Translations under genes and position numbers: made by a program
Shown: positions 45,824-54,786 of the stretch, piece after piece
Numbering within the stretch: the first letter of the stretch is position 1
Layout: every line of letters starts with the position of its first letter
From: a virus
Direction: 5' to 3' (one strand)
IMG/VR virus record: IMGVR_UViG_3300028534_000013
Location: 121,868 to 176,653 of that record
Length of the DNA: 54,786 nt
Notes under the pieces: model-generated
Told to the model about the DNA's origin: nothing
The model's input: the letters and a program-made list of their open reading frames with translations, nothing else
The model's database searches: none

Positions 45824-46612
45824 CTAAAATTTTAATGATTTGTAGCCTTCTATAATCCAATCATCACTTAAATCTGGATAAGTTTTATACTTATCGTATT
45901 TGCTTAATTTTTCACATCCTCTACACCCATCTATTGAGAATAGAGTTTTCATTTCCGCATCATAATATCTCACCTCAAAATATGACGGTCCGATAAACTT
46001 ACTGACAAGCAACGGCTGACCGTCCCATAGATTTAGTTTATCATCGTAAGCGACATCTTCCCATTCATACTTTTTGGACGCATTGTGAAAGCTAACTTCA
46101 TCACCAACTTTATATGTTTCTCCAAGAGTAAACTCTTTTTGAAACTCACTTTTTGCTTTTTCCTTATCAAAAACAAACAACACCTCAAATCTGTCTTTGG
46201 ATAAAAACTTAACAACCATAAAATCATTTCTTTTGACATTAATTTTATACTCTGGAGCTACTCTGAACTGTTTAGGCTTCCATTCATACTCCAAAAGACC
46301 TACAAAGAAATCGCTGTTCGGGTCACTAGGCACTTTACTGAATACCATTTCAATAGGCTGCCACTCTCCCGCATCGTATACCTCTATTTTTTTACCGTCG
46401 GCGATTCCCTTGCGTATTTCAGAAAACTCGTCGTTGATTACATATTTTGCGTCTGTATGCCACAACGGGTCACTTTGTAAATGCCACTCCTGCATATAGT
46501 AAGGATAGTGCCCCTCTGGCATTTTACACCATATTTTTGCACCTTCCGGCTGACTTTTCCACCACTCCATAGCTTTCCAGTGCTTGTTTAAGGACTCTTT
46601 TGAAACCATCAA
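45824..46612 (-). CDS. Hypothetical Trp-rich protein (262 aa)
   Basis: AAGGAG RBS. Confidence 0.8.
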   Translation of the reverse strand: MMVSKESLNKHWKAMEWWKSQPEGAKIWCKMPEGHYPYYMQEWHLQSDPLWHTDAKYVINDEFSEIRKGIADGKKIEVYDAGEWQPIEMVFSKVPSDPNSDFFVGLLEYEWKPKQFRVAPEYKINVKRNDFMVVKFLSKDRFEVLFVFDKEKAKSEFQKEFTLGETYKVGDEVSFHNASKKYEWEDVAYDDKLNLWDGQPLLVSKFIGPSYFEVRYYDAEMKTLFSIDGCRGCEKLSKYDKYKTYPDLSDDWIIEGYKSLKF

Positions 46613-46625
46613 CTCTCCTTTTAGT

Positions 46626-46973
46626 TTAATTCTTAGTTATAACCTCATACATCATCGCAGCTTCTTTGGCAAATCTTTCCTCATCAAAGAAAATATCACC
46701 TTCATCTACATCCACATCTACATCAAAACAGTGCTTTATGTTAAGAGACACTGAAGTAATTATTTTATTGTCTTTAAATATGTTAGCCTTCACCAATAGA
46801 TTCTCAAACACTACACTGTGGCCATAATCCCTGCATTTTAAATACCTGTTATTCACTATCAGCTTAGCCGTATATTCTTCTCCATTATGTTTAAAATTAA
46901 CTTCAGCGCTCAATCTGTCTATTGGAAACCACACATACTTTTCCGGTACTCCTACTTTAAGTTTGTGAGACAT
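46626..46973 (-). CDS. Hypothetical protein (115 aa)
   Basis: GGAGG RBS. Confidence 0.75.
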   Translation of the reverse strand: MSHKLKVGVPEKYVWFPIDRLSAEVNFKHNGEEYTAKLIVNNRYLKCRDYGHSVVFENLLVKANIFKDNKIITSVSLNIKHCFDVDVDVDEGDIFFDEERFAKEAAMMYEVITKN

Positions 46974-47175
46974 ATATCACCTCCCCGTTTATAATTAAAT
47001 TTCTTTTGTGTTTTCTGCACATTTTAATCAACCGCTGTAAAGCGAAAGTTTTGTCTCCTTCCGCATTTCCCACTACAACCCTGGCGAAGTATTCGGCTCC
47101 GCCTTCTGCCAATATTTTGTCCGGTATGCTTAAATACGCACCTGCTTCGTTGCCGCTAATTCTTAGGGCTTTCAT
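46957..47175 (-). CDS. Hypothetical protein (72 aa; start MKALR)
   Basis: AAGGA RBS before ATG at 47175. Confidence 0.7.
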   Translation of the reverse strand: MKALRISGNEAGAYLSIPDKILAEGGAEYFARVVVGNAEGDKTFALQRLIKMCRKHKRNLIINGEVIYVSQT

Positions 47176-47644
47176 CGTCTTCCTTTTTTTTAAAGTATAA
47201 AGAAACATATTCCATCAAAACATCTTCATTGTTTTTCAGAGACCATAACTCATATGCGTTTGTGGTTCCGTATTTTTCTTCAAACTCACTAAGAACCATT
47301 GTATTCACACCAACTCTTTTATACCCTTTAGCTGTAAGAGCGTCAAAGATGGCTTTAAACCATCTATTTTTAAAAGCTGTTATTTTGCCTTTTAAAATTT
47401 CTTCATCGGTTTTGAGTCTTTCCTCTTCCCATACAAAAAACATCCTGTCATCATCAGCCGTAAGTACCGCTTCATTAGGAATGCCATACTCTTGGAAATA
47501 ATTATTCAACTCCTGCATCGTAAAATTCTCTATTCCAACTTCATGAGACACTACTTCAACCGTGTATGGATTAATATTAATATTGTCGTAAACCTCCTGC
47601 AAGGTTTTTAGTACAAGTTTTTTATCTTCAATTATTTTGCTCAT
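47156..47644 (-). CDS. Hypothetical protein, paralog of 49808..50281 (162 aa)
   Basis: Shared GIP..W..TDEE..L..GYKR..KYGT..YEL motifs. Confidence 0.8.
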   Translation of the reverse strand: MSKIIEDKKLVLKTLQEVYDNININPYTVEVVSHEVGIENFTMQELNNYFQEYGIPNEAVLTADDDRMFFVWEEERLKTDEEILKGKITAFKNRWFKAIFDALTAKGYKRVGVNTMVLSEFEEKYGTTNAYELWSLKNNEDVLMEYVSLYFKKKEDDESPKN

Positions 47645-47653
47645 TAATTCTCC

Positions 47654-48154
47654 TTAATCAACACAATACGAAAGGACTGTTACAACCACTCCGTTACGTT
47701 CATATTGCCTTTTAATTTTTACCATATCGTATTTACTGAACCCGTTAGGTCTGTTAACATATTTACCCAACCAACCAATCTCATACTTCGGATGTTTGTC
47801 GAACAGCTCTTTTCTCATATAGAGCGTATATTCTACCCACCCGCTTACATCACTTTTCATAACAACATAAACACCATCTTTTTCTGATTTAACTTTTTCA
47901 CATATTTCATCGATGGTAAGGTGTTTCTTTTTAGGCAGCGTTTCAGCTATTTTGCTGGCCAGTTTCTCCAAAGGAGACGGCTCAAAATCATCAGGATAGA
48001 ATATATCTCCGCACTCCGGGCACATCATCCTCTCGTCACTGCATTTAGAGCACGGGGCACAGATGTGGCAGCTACAGGACATTTCGTCATCGACATACGG
48101 CTGCAGTTCAATTCCGCACTCCGGGCAAATTGGTTCTTTTAACAGTTTTTTCAT
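47654..48154 (-). CDS. Cys-rich Zn-binding protein (166 aa)
   Basis: CPECG..CSCHICAPCSKC..CPECG. Confidence 0.75.
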   Translation of the reverse strand: MKKLLKEPICPECGIELQPYVDDEMSCSCHICAPCSKCSDERMMCPECGDIFYPDDFEPSPLEKLASKIAETLPKKKHLTIDEICEKVKSEKDGVYVVMKSDVSGWVEYTLYMRKELFDKHPKYEIGWLGKYVNRPNGFSKYDMVKIKRQYERNGVVVTVLSYCVD

Positions 48155-48163
48155 TGCATTCCT

Positions 48164-48385
48164 TTAAATCTCAATATAATCTACGCCTTCTTTTTTAAGC
48201 TTCTCTAGCACTTCTAAATCTTTTTCGTTTCCGTTTCCTTCTTCGATTGCTTCCTCAACCAAATCAATATCATACTGCCCGTCCTGTCCTTCAAGGTCAA
48301 CCATTGACGGTTCATAGTTTACTTTTAGAGTGTTTATTAGTTCTGCACTGAAAGGCGGATTATATGCTACTTTAAATATTTTCAT
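48164..48385 (-). CDS. Small acidic protein (73 aa)
   Basis: AGGAG RBS. Confidence 0.75.
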   Translation of the reverse strand: MKIFKVAYNPPFSAELINTLKVNYEPSMVDLEGQDGQYDIDLVEEAIEEGNGNEKDLEVLEKLKKEGVDYIEI

Positions 48386-48719
48386 GTTTTCTCCTTTTCA
48401 AATGTTTTAAAACCCATTCTCCGGCTTTAAAAATAGCATCTACTTCACTTACATCGCTCACTATGTGAGCCCTATGTGCTCTCTTAGGGTTTGGTATGTC
48501 TTTTGTAAGCGTGGCCCTATATATACCATTATATGTTTGAGATGCAATTATATATCCAAATTTATTTACCCATTCTTTAACTTTGAAAGCCAATTCATAT
48601 ACATTTATGCTGTATGTGGTAAGTGGACCGACATCGTAATTAATTCTATCCCCTATAGTATACACATCTTTCGCTTCAACATTCAAAACCTCTCTTACTA
48701 ATTCTTTAGATACATTCAT
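48372..48719 (-). CDS. Hypothetical protein (115 aa)
   Basis: ATGA coupling. Confidence 0.75.
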   Translation of the reverse strand: MNVSKELVREVLNVEAKDVYTIGDRINYDVGPLTTYSINVYELAFKVKEWVNKFGYIIASQTYNGIYRATLTKDIPNPKRAHRAHIVSDVSEVDAIFKAGEWVLKHLKRRKHENI

Positions 48720-49012
48720 TTGTTTACCTTTTCAAAACTGTTACACCCAAAGTCTTCATACACACATCCGTATTCCTCATCTATTTCCGTATCTGGTCTC
48801 TTGCAAGAGATACCCAGCAAACAAACATCTTCGTACATTTTTCTAAAATGTTTACAGTTTTTGCAAACTCTTTCCTCTCCGAGCTCATCATATATTTGAT
48901 GTATTATAGCTTTTATACTTTTTAATTCAACAACTTCATCGGTAGAACGTAATTCGAAGCATTTAACAGAACAATCTTTAAAAAACCTAATTGCTTTTTC
49001 TCTTGTCATCAT
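48716..49012 (-). CDS. Small protein with a CxxCxHF..DFxC motif, paralog of 50283..50558
   Basis: CKNCKHF..C..DFGCNSF; AGGAG RBS. Confidence 0.75.
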   Translation of the reverse strand: MMTREKAIRFFKDCSVKCFELRSTDEVVELKSIKAIIHQIYDELGEERVCKNCKHFRKMYEDVCLLGISCKRPDTEIDEEYGCVYEDFGCNSFEKVNK

Positions 49013-49044
49013 TTTTTCTCCTTGCACTTATTTATTTTAATTTT

Positions 49045-49368
49045 TCACACCTCTCCCACAACCTCATACAAAAACTTAACCACAAACTGAGTAAGCGACA
49101 TATCGTTTCTCTTGCAGTATTCTTTCATGAATTCCTTATACTGCTTGCTTATCGCAACCTGAAACAATTCATCACGTTTTTCAAAGTTCACAGGTACCGG
49201 TTTTATCTTCCTATTGTTAATCAGTAAAGATATAAACCACGCAACAAATGTATCGCTTAACGCAACATTATTTTCGGTTCTCCACTTTTTTGTTTTGTCA
49301 GCCAGCTCTTTAGGGATTCTTACACCTATACGGGTGTAATCTCCTTTTTTAGTTACAATATCCATCAT
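49045..49368 (-). CDS. Tandem ribbon-helix-helix DNA-binding protein (107 aa)
   Basis: TRIGVRIPKEL..LSDTF and FQVAISK..YCKRNDMSLTQFV. Confidence 0.65.
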   Translation of the reverse strand: MMDIVTKKGDYTRIGVRIPKELADKTKKWRTENNVALSDTFVAWFISLLINNRKIKPVPVNFEKRDELFQVAISKQYKEFMKEYCKRNDMSLTQFVVKFLYEVVGEV

Positions 49369-49568
49369 ATCTCCTCAAACGTAAGTCTTGCGCTGAATGA
49401 AATAAACATCAGCTTTCCCGGTCTAAAATTCTTGTCTTTTGACCTTGTGATTTCAAATAGCACACCGTTATCATCAATATCTCTGATTAGCCCGAATTTA
49501 TAATCCGTATCTCCCGGATATATTTAAACTTCCTGTCCGATTAAATGTTCTTTATATACTTTATCCAT
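49365..49568 (-). pseudogene. 67-codon gene interrupted by an in-frame TAA at codon 15
   Basis: AGGAG RBS; MDKVYKEHLIGQEV*IYPGDTDY...FEEI; coupled at both ends. Confidence 0.7.
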
Positions 49569-49806
49569 TTTGTTCTCCTTTTTTCAAAATATCAAAAAAG
49601 TCAACATTATGCAGTGTTTGGCCTCCGTCTTCCTCTATTTCAACACAAACGCAATCATCATACTCAATCACTCTTTTAACAGTAAATGTGCCTATATCCG
49701 AATAAGTGTAATTTTTTTTGAACGGCGCATCACACTCTTTCTTGTTTAAATTGAATCTTTTAAAGTTAAATTTAATTTTATCTCCGGCTTTTACTGATTT
49801 GTCCAT
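49561..49806 (-). CDS. Hypothetical SH3-like small protein (81 aa)
   Basis: VKAGDKIK start motif; AGGAG RBS. Confidence 0.7.
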   Translation of the reverse strand: MDKSVKAGDKIKFNFKRFNLNKKECDAPFKKNYTYSDIGTFTVKRVIEYDDCVCVEIEEDGGQTLHNVDFFDILKKGEQNG

Positions 49807-49807
49807 T

Positions 49808-50281
49808 TTATTCTCCTTTTTTAAAACTCAAAAGATACAACTTTGCAATTCCGCCCCACTCTTCTCTCTGAAATAACTCATACACGTCGTCCGTTCCGTA
49901 TTTGTCTTTCAATCTGTTAACATCATGTATTCCGTTTTCAAGAGGCTTTCTTTTGTATCCGTTTTCAGTTAGTGATTTATATACTACTCTCCACGCATTA
50001 GTATTAAACACTTTTTTGCGCTGCTTCTCTTTTTCTTCATCGGTCATTTTCTCTTCCGCTTCCCAACAAAATTCCAACCCCTCATCTCCAGCGCATATTT
50101 CTGATGAATCGGGAATCCCGTTTTCTTCCATGTATGATGTTATTTCATTTACAGTTGCGCTCCACGAACCAAGCTTATGTGTTTTTACAACCTTTTTATA
50201 TTCTCTTGGTTTTATTCTGTTGTTTAATGCGGTTAGAGCTTCTTTGATAAGCTCTTTTGCTTCCATGAATTCATTAGTCAT
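49808..50281 (-). CDS. Hypothetical protein, paralog of 47156..47644 (start MTNEF)
   Basis: AGGAG RBS before ATG at 50281. Confidence 0.8.
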   Translation of the reverse strand: MTNEFMEAKELIKEALTALNNRIKPREYKKVVKTHKLGSWSATVNEITSYMEENGIPDSSEICAGDEGLEFCWEAEEKMTDEEKEKQRKKVFNTNAWRVVYKSLTENGYKRKPLENGIHDVNRLKDKYGTDDVYELFQREEWGGIAKLYLLSFKKGE

Positions 50282-50282
50282 A

Positions 50283-50558
50283 TTATCTCCTTTTAAAATA
50301 CTTGCACCAGAAATCTTTAGGCGGCATAAAATATCCTCCGTCAAATTCAGAAAATTCAACTTTTTCACATACCGTCTTCCCGTTTCTGTTTATGTAGTGC
50401 TTACAATTTTCACACTTCATACTATTTAATACTTCATCTATCTCATCAACCCATGCTTTTACCGTACCGATGGAAACAAATCTTTCAAACTCTTTTTCAC
50501 GTTCTTCTATCATTTCTTTTACAACATTCACTGTTTCGATTATTCCAGAACTATTCAT
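50283..50558 (-). CDS. Small protein with a CxxCxHY..DFxC motif (91 aa)
   Basis: CENCKHY..C..DFWCKYF. Confidence 0.75.
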   Translation of the reverse strand: MNSSGIIETVNVVKEMIEEREKEFERFVSIGTVKAWVDEIDEVLNSMKCENCKHYINRNGKTVCEKVEFSEFDGGYFMPPKDFWCKYFKRR

Positions 50559-50841
50559 CTTCCGGTCCTTTTATCTCTTTCTTGTTATCGCAATGATTTA
50601 ATAGAGCTGAAATTGTTTCCCCGGCCTGTTTCAACGCCTCTTGATAGTCACGGTTAATATCTTCCTGAACGGCGTCGTTAATTCGCCTCACCTCTTTTCT
50701 TATACCATTAATCGCTTCCCTTATGTTGCGTGCAGGACCAGGAGCACCCAGCATCTCTAAATCCACTGCCGTTCTTGTTAAGAAATTCAGAATTCTCTCT
50801 ATTTTCTGGTTGGCCTTACTTATGTCGCTTATAGCACTCAT
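50551..50841 (-). CDS. Hypothetical helical protein (96 aa)
   Basis: AGGAG RBS. Confidence 0.75.
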   Translation of the reverse strand: MSAISDISKANQKIERILNFLTRTAVDLEMLGAPGPARNIREAINGIRKEVRRINDAVQEDINRDYQEALKQAGETISALLNHCDNKKEIKGPEDE

Positions 50842-50851
50842 TTGCTCTCCT

Positions 50852-51070
50852 TTATACCGTTTCCCACGGTTCGTATTTAGGCTGTAAAGGTCTGTAATTC
50901 TCGGCCGCTGTTTTACCGCACTTCGGACACTTCATATTCGGAATTACTTCCTGGTGAAAATAAGCGTCGTCATACCCGCTCTCTTCTTCGCTTACATATC
51001 CGCAGTGCTCGCATTCATAGATTGCCCAGAAATCTCTTCTGTGCTGTTTTGTTATCTCTTTTATCTTCAT
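50852..51070 (-). CDS. Zn-ribbon protein (72 aa; start MKIKE)
   Basis: CEHCG..CPKCG; AGGAG RBS before ATG at 51070. Confidence 0.75.
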   Translation of the reverse strand: MKIKEITKQHRRDFWAIYECEHCGYVSEEESGYDDAYFHQEVIPNMKCPKCGKTAAENYRPLQPKYEPWETV

Positions 51071-51144
51071 ATAATCTCCTTTTAAATATGTTATAATTAC
51101 AGTCCACAATGACCACATTTTTAGGAAGGACTTTGCCTTCCGTT

Positions 51145-51684
51145 TTACTTCCACTCTTCTATCAGCATATATTTAAGGTCTACATTCAATGCAACCTCAA
51201 ACATGTCCTCATGGCTGAGTTCATCAAGTTTCACCGTGTCTTTCTCATTTTTCTCATACAGTTCAACAACATATGAATCCAGCTCATCAGAAAAATAACA
51301 ATCACCGTCTTCCTCTTCAACATACAAACTCTTATACTCAACATCCGCTACAGATATTTCCGTCTCCACAGTAAGCTCTTTGCCTTTCGCTTTCAGTTCT
51401 TCGTTTATTCTATACAGGAGTTTCATTCTAATTTCAACCATTTCCCTTATAAGAACATCCAAATCTACAGCTTTACCTTTTACCTCAAACCTGTTAATCA
51501 ACACCTGCATCATCTCTTCAACCAGGTCTTCATACCCTTCCCTGTCTCCAAGAATCTCAAATGCAAGGTCGTAAAAACCTCCGGCGCCCTTAATATCCTT
51601 AAACGCTTCATCGTTACGTTTGTGGCACGCCCACCTTGCTTTTTCAGCTATATATATCATTACCGTTAAATCTTTTAGTCTCAT
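51145..51684 (-). CDS. Hypothetical acidic protein (179 aa)
   Basis: AGGAG RBS. Confidence 0.8.
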   Translation of the reverse strand: MRLKDLTVMIYIAEKARWACHKRNDEAFKDIKGAGGFYDLAFEILGDREGYEDLVEEMMQVLINRFEVKGKAVDLDVLIREMVEIRMKLLYRINEELKAKGKELTVETEISVADVEYKSLYVEEEDGDCYFSDELDSYVVELYEKNEKDTVKLDELSHEDMFEVALNVDLKYMLIEEWK

Positions 51685-51693
51685 ACCGTCTCC

Positions 51694-51948
51694 TTAATAA
51701 AATATAAACAAGTCTACATCATCGTATTTCTCAAGCACCTGCTGAATCATGGATAATGCGCTTTCATTAGGTTTATCATCGTCTTCATAGTATTCCGGGT
51801 TAGCGTATTTTTCAAGCTGCTCCCTTGTGAAAAAGATACCGGTTCCTTCATCCGTGTTAGCAAACTCATATCCTAACAAGAAATCGTAACCGTCGTTACC
51901 CAGAATTATCTTTGCGTATTTTCCACTTGGTTTCATTTCAAAACTCAT
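51694..51948 (-). CDS. Small acidic protein (84 aa)
   Basis: ATGA coupling. Confidence 0.75.
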   Translation of the reverse strand: MSFEMKPSGKYAKIILGNDGYDFLLGYEFANTDEGTGIFFTREQLEKYANPEYYEDDDKPNESALSMIQQVLEKYDDVDLFIFY

Positions 51949-52577
51949 TCAAAATCCTTTAATATTTTTTCAATTTTGTTTAATGCATCGGGAACTGTTT
52001 TAAGTGTGGCATTCTCTATAATTTCATTTATTGCGTCATACACTACTTTTGGGACTATTCTCCCAAAGATAACTCCTGTATCATTTCTCACAATCTTTTT
52101 AACTTTGTAGTCAAACTCTATCTCATCAACAAATATATCTTTAGCTGAAATAGGGTTTTCAGTATCCCACGTTTGCCTCAGCATATTTCTGCGTATTTCA
52201 GCCATGCCGTCTTTTTCGTCATGTGCTATAGCGGTGCTTTGATATTCACACTCTAGATAATATTCATCAAACTGGTCGCTCCCCAGCATTCCTATAAGTT
52301 TCACTTTTGATATGTTAAACCATGTTTTATCCAGTTTGTTTTTAAGTATTTCTTCAGAAACCACATAATATTCCTTGTTGATTACCTTATCTTTTGCGTA
52401 ATTTCTAATATATTCATCTATACTATGATATTTGTTTCCGATGTTTTCACCTATGATTGTATGAATTTTACTATGCTTTTCCCCGCATTTTGGGCAAAAC
52501 ACATAATAATCATCGGCCCCGAATTTTACAGTTGCTCCACATCTGCACTCTTTTGTTGTTGAAATATCGAACCTCAT
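51945..52577 (-). CDS. Protein with an N-terminal Zn ribbon (210 aa)
   Basis: CRCG..CPKCG. Confidence 0.75.
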   Translation of the reverse strand: MRFDISTTKECRCGATVKFGADDYYVFCPKCGEKHSKIHTIIGENIGNKYHSIDEYIRNYAKDKVINKEYYVVSEEILKNKLDKTWFNISKVKLIGMLGSDQFDEYYLECEYQSTAIAHDEKDGMAEIRRNMLRQTWDTENPISAKDIFVDEIEFDYKVKKIVRNDTGVIFGRIVPKVVYDAINEIIENATLKTVPDALNKIEKILKDFE

Positions 52578-53527
52578 TTTTTCTCCTTTTGTTTTCTTAT
52601 ATATTCGGCAGCTTCTATAAAATCAACATATGCGCTTTTACCTGTGCAGGTATTGGTAACCAAAACTTTAGACTGTTTGATGTCTAACTTTTTAACTTCG
52701 TCAAACGATTTAACAGCTCCATTCATTTTATCTACAAACAGTTTCTCAACCTCTTCCAGTGAAGCGTCTTTATATTTTTCTTTATGCCTAGGTGCAATAT
52801 AAGAAACGATAGCGTCTTTGTTGCCCTCTCTAATCCACTCAATCAGATAGTACGCCCCTGATGTGCTTATTCTGAAAGTGTTAGCTATCTCTAACATTTT
52901 TTTGTAGTCTTCATCAGGTTTGAATTTAGACTCATAACATTTAATATCACTTCCGTCTACCACACCTTTGTCCACCAGCTGGTTATACATATAGTCTCTA
53001 ACGAGAGACAGATTGCTGGGAGCTTTAACGTTGCAATGGTCTTCCTTAACCATAAACCCATACAGCTCCTGGTGCTGTATTCTCATTATTTCAAAACTAT
53101 CATAAAAAAACTGGCTTAACACTTTACTTTTAACTGAAAACTTATACGCTTCATTGTTTACGTCATTCTCGAATCTAGGCTCAATGTGTCTGTATACCGG
53201 AGGATGATTTGTGCAGAAATCAGCATATATTCCAAGCTGTTCCGCCATATCCATCAAATCAAACACCTCTTCAATATGTTTTATAAGGTTTTCGTCCTTT
53301 ACATCTGCTATGTCTTTTCTGTCGTGAACCTCAATATAATAACATTCGTGTTCATTTTTAACCCCGATTTCAAACCACATTGTTCCCATGCCGCAACAGA
53401 AATACGTGTTATCCATTTTATCAACTATCTGTCTGATTTTCTGTTCTATCTCTTCACTCAGCAGTTCTGCGTTTTCTTCAATCTTTTTGTCGAGGTTTTT
53501 CTTTAACGCTATTATTTTTTCAAGCAT
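52574..53527 (-). CDS. Hypothetical protein (317 aa)
   Basis: AAGGA RBS. Confidence 0.8.
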   Translation of the reverse strand: MLEKIIALKKNLDKKIEENAELLSEEIEQKIRQIVDKMDNTYFCCGMGTMWFEIGVKNEHECYYIEVHDRKDIADVKDENLIKHIEEVFDLMDMAEQLGIYADFCTNHPPVYRHIEPRFENDVNNEAYKFSVKSKVLSQFFYDSFEIMRIQHQELYGFMVKEDHCNVKAPSNLSLVRDYMYNQLVDKGVVDGSDIKCYESKFKPDEDYKKMLEIANTFRISTSGAYYLIEWIREGNKDAIVSYIAPRHKEKYKDASLEEVEKLFVDKMNGAVKSFDEVKKLDIKQSKVLVTNTCTGKSAYVDFIEAAEYIRKQKEKK

Positions 53528-53657
53528 CTTTTATCCTTTCTTCAAGCTCATCATATATTGATGTAATTTTTTTTATTGCGTCGTCGTATTTTTTATTGAC
53601 TTTATCAGGGCTGAACCATTCTTTTTCAAAACGGAAATAATCACAAGTGTTGAACAT
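53520..53657 (-). CDS. Small ORF (45 aa, MFNTCDYF...IKDA), possibly the frameshifted tail of the upstream gene
   Basis: Fills the gap, overlaps the next start, lacks a good RBS. Confidence 0.4.
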   Translation of the reverse strand: MFNTCDYFRFEKEWFSPDKVNKKYDDAIKKITSIYDELEERIKDA

Positions 53658-53673
53658 TCTTTTGTACAGGTCT

Positions 53674-53949
53674 TTAAAAATACGGCAGTCTCTTGTTTAT
53701 TTCAGCTTCCAATCTGTCTTCAATCTCATCACACAGCAACTCAAACCCTTCTTCATCATCCTCGTCAAGATACACTTTAAAATCAAAGTTTCTGTAGTCA
53801 CCTTCACCGGTTACATCACACACTACATCCACTTCAACATAGGTATCCTCAACAACATCCTGCTTCATGCCTCTTATTTCATCGGCCACATCTCTGGCGA
53901 AATCTTTCGCATTGTGTTCGCCATATGTAAACGTACAATCAAAATACAT
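53674..53949 (-). CDS. Small very acidic protein (start MYFDC)
   Basis: AAGGAG RBS before ATG at 53949. Confidence 0.7.
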   Translation of the reverse strand: MYFDCTFTYGEHNAKDFARDVADEIRGMKQDVVEDTYVEVDVVCDVTGEGDYRNFDFKVYLDEDDEEGFELLCDEIEDRLEAEINKRLPYF

Positions 53950-54026
53950 ACAATCTCCTTTTAATTGGTGTAAACAAAACAGTTCCATTTATATATAACC
54001 TGAATATTTTTAAATTCCTACGAAGC

Positions 54027-54060
54027 AAAAAAAATAAAAAAAGAGAGAGGTGAAACCCTT
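54027..54060 (-). terminator. Putative intrinsic terminator
   Basis: AGGG/CTCT-closed hairpin followed by a long T tract. Confidence 0.5.
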
Positions 54061-54786
54061 ACGTAATTACAGCCGAAAGATATATCTCAATGTTGTCGGT
54101 GTAAAGTTTCAAAATGCGGTCATCAATATAATATTTCCATTCATATCCGAACGCATCCGCAATCATATCGATATATTTGCTTCTGAATTCATTTCCGTCT
54201 ATTTTGCACAGCTCAAAATATGTATTATAATTATTAAGCGATATGCAGTCTCCTTTATTTTTATCTATAGACAGCTTTTTGTGCGTATCTATAGGTTTAT
54301 CTATAACCCTGGCAGGAATTAAACATCCGCTTTCACTTTTAACGGCATAAGCACCATTGCAAAGTAAAACATTCTCCCTGTTAAACTCAAGCGCCGCCGC
54401 CCCTACAAGAGAAAAATCTATTTCATCTGGAAGCTCTGTTTCTACGTTCACTCTAACAAGAACAGCTAAATCGCTTGCCTCGGCATAATCTTTAAATATC
54501 CTTACGCCTTTGAATTCGTCTCCGTAATTACTGTCGTATCTGTGTGCAAACGGCATTAACAATTCAACAAGCTCCATCTGCTCCTCTGTAGGAGTGACCG
54601 CTCCTTTTAAAATTGAGCTGTCGCACTCTACCACTCTGCTTCCGTATTTAATAAACCAATCTCTTGCGGTCATGTTTTTAACCTTAGCTTCGATGCTGCG
54701 CAACTCGTCTATGTTGTAATTCACCTCTTCAACCGTTTCATCCTCATAATCCGGGTCAAGTTCATTTAATATGTACTCTTTAACAT
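54059..54786 (-). CDS. Hypothetical protein, 5'-truncated by the window edge
   Basis: Frame stays open from 54724 to the window end (VKEYILNELDPDYEDETVEEVNY...). Confidence 0.75.
   Translation of the reverse strand, partial: VKEYILNELDPDYEDETVEEVNYNIDELRSIEAKVKNMTARDWFIKYGSRVVECDSSILKGAVTPTEEQMELVELLMPFAHRYDSNYGDEFKGVRIFKDYAEASDLAVLVRVNVETELPDEIDFSLVGAAALEFNRENVLLCNGAYAVKSESGCLIPARVIDKPIDTHKKLSIDKNKGDCISLNNYNTYFELCKIDGNEFRSKYIDMIADAFGYEWKYYIDDRILKLYTDNIEIYLSAVIT

Noticed and set aside
143-54322. All plus-strand ORFs and short alternate-frame minus ORFs in the track (e.g. 32511..33020, 49902..50429, 37730..37936)
   Set aside because: Shadows of longer, RBS-bearing, tightly tiled minus-strand genes; the LPDE repeat in 32511..33020 is just the antisense reading of GSSS

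Overview
AT-rich segment of a large tailed dsDNA phage. Every credible gene is on the minus strand, in the standard genetic code. In transcription order (right to left): (i) about 13.6 kb of small accessory genes (41.2-54.8 kb: YopX, tandem RHH, Zn-ribbons, two paralog pairs, one nonsense-interrupted gene); (ii) a stand-alone NrdD-type glycyl-radical mini-protein; (iii) a 1.2-kb tRNA array with six canonical CCA-encoding tRNAs (Ser-GCT, Ser-TGA, Gln-TTG, Asn-GTT, Tyr-GTA, CAT/Ile2-like), interleaved with an atypical tRNA-Lys, two tRNA-like RNAs and two spacer RNAs ending in microhelix-ACCA; (iv) a MazG-like pyrophosphatase, small membrane proteins and an HTH; (v) a fibre-like protein with a (GSSx)9 tail, overlapped by a Stealth-family sugar-1-phosphate transferase; (vi) a gap-free run of about 30 kb of very large unrecognisable proteins ending in the terminase large subunit; (vii) a head module (K-x-A-rich proteins, HK97-type major capsid protein, fibre-repeat protein) preceded by sigma70-type promoters. 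A Campylobacterota host is inferred from the mini-NrdD, AAGGA RBSs and TGn-extended -10 boxes. The best candidates for undescribed biology are the tRNA-mimic RNAs, the Stealth/Ser-repeat pair and the giant ORFan operon. All family calls are from motif recognition by eye; no searches were run.
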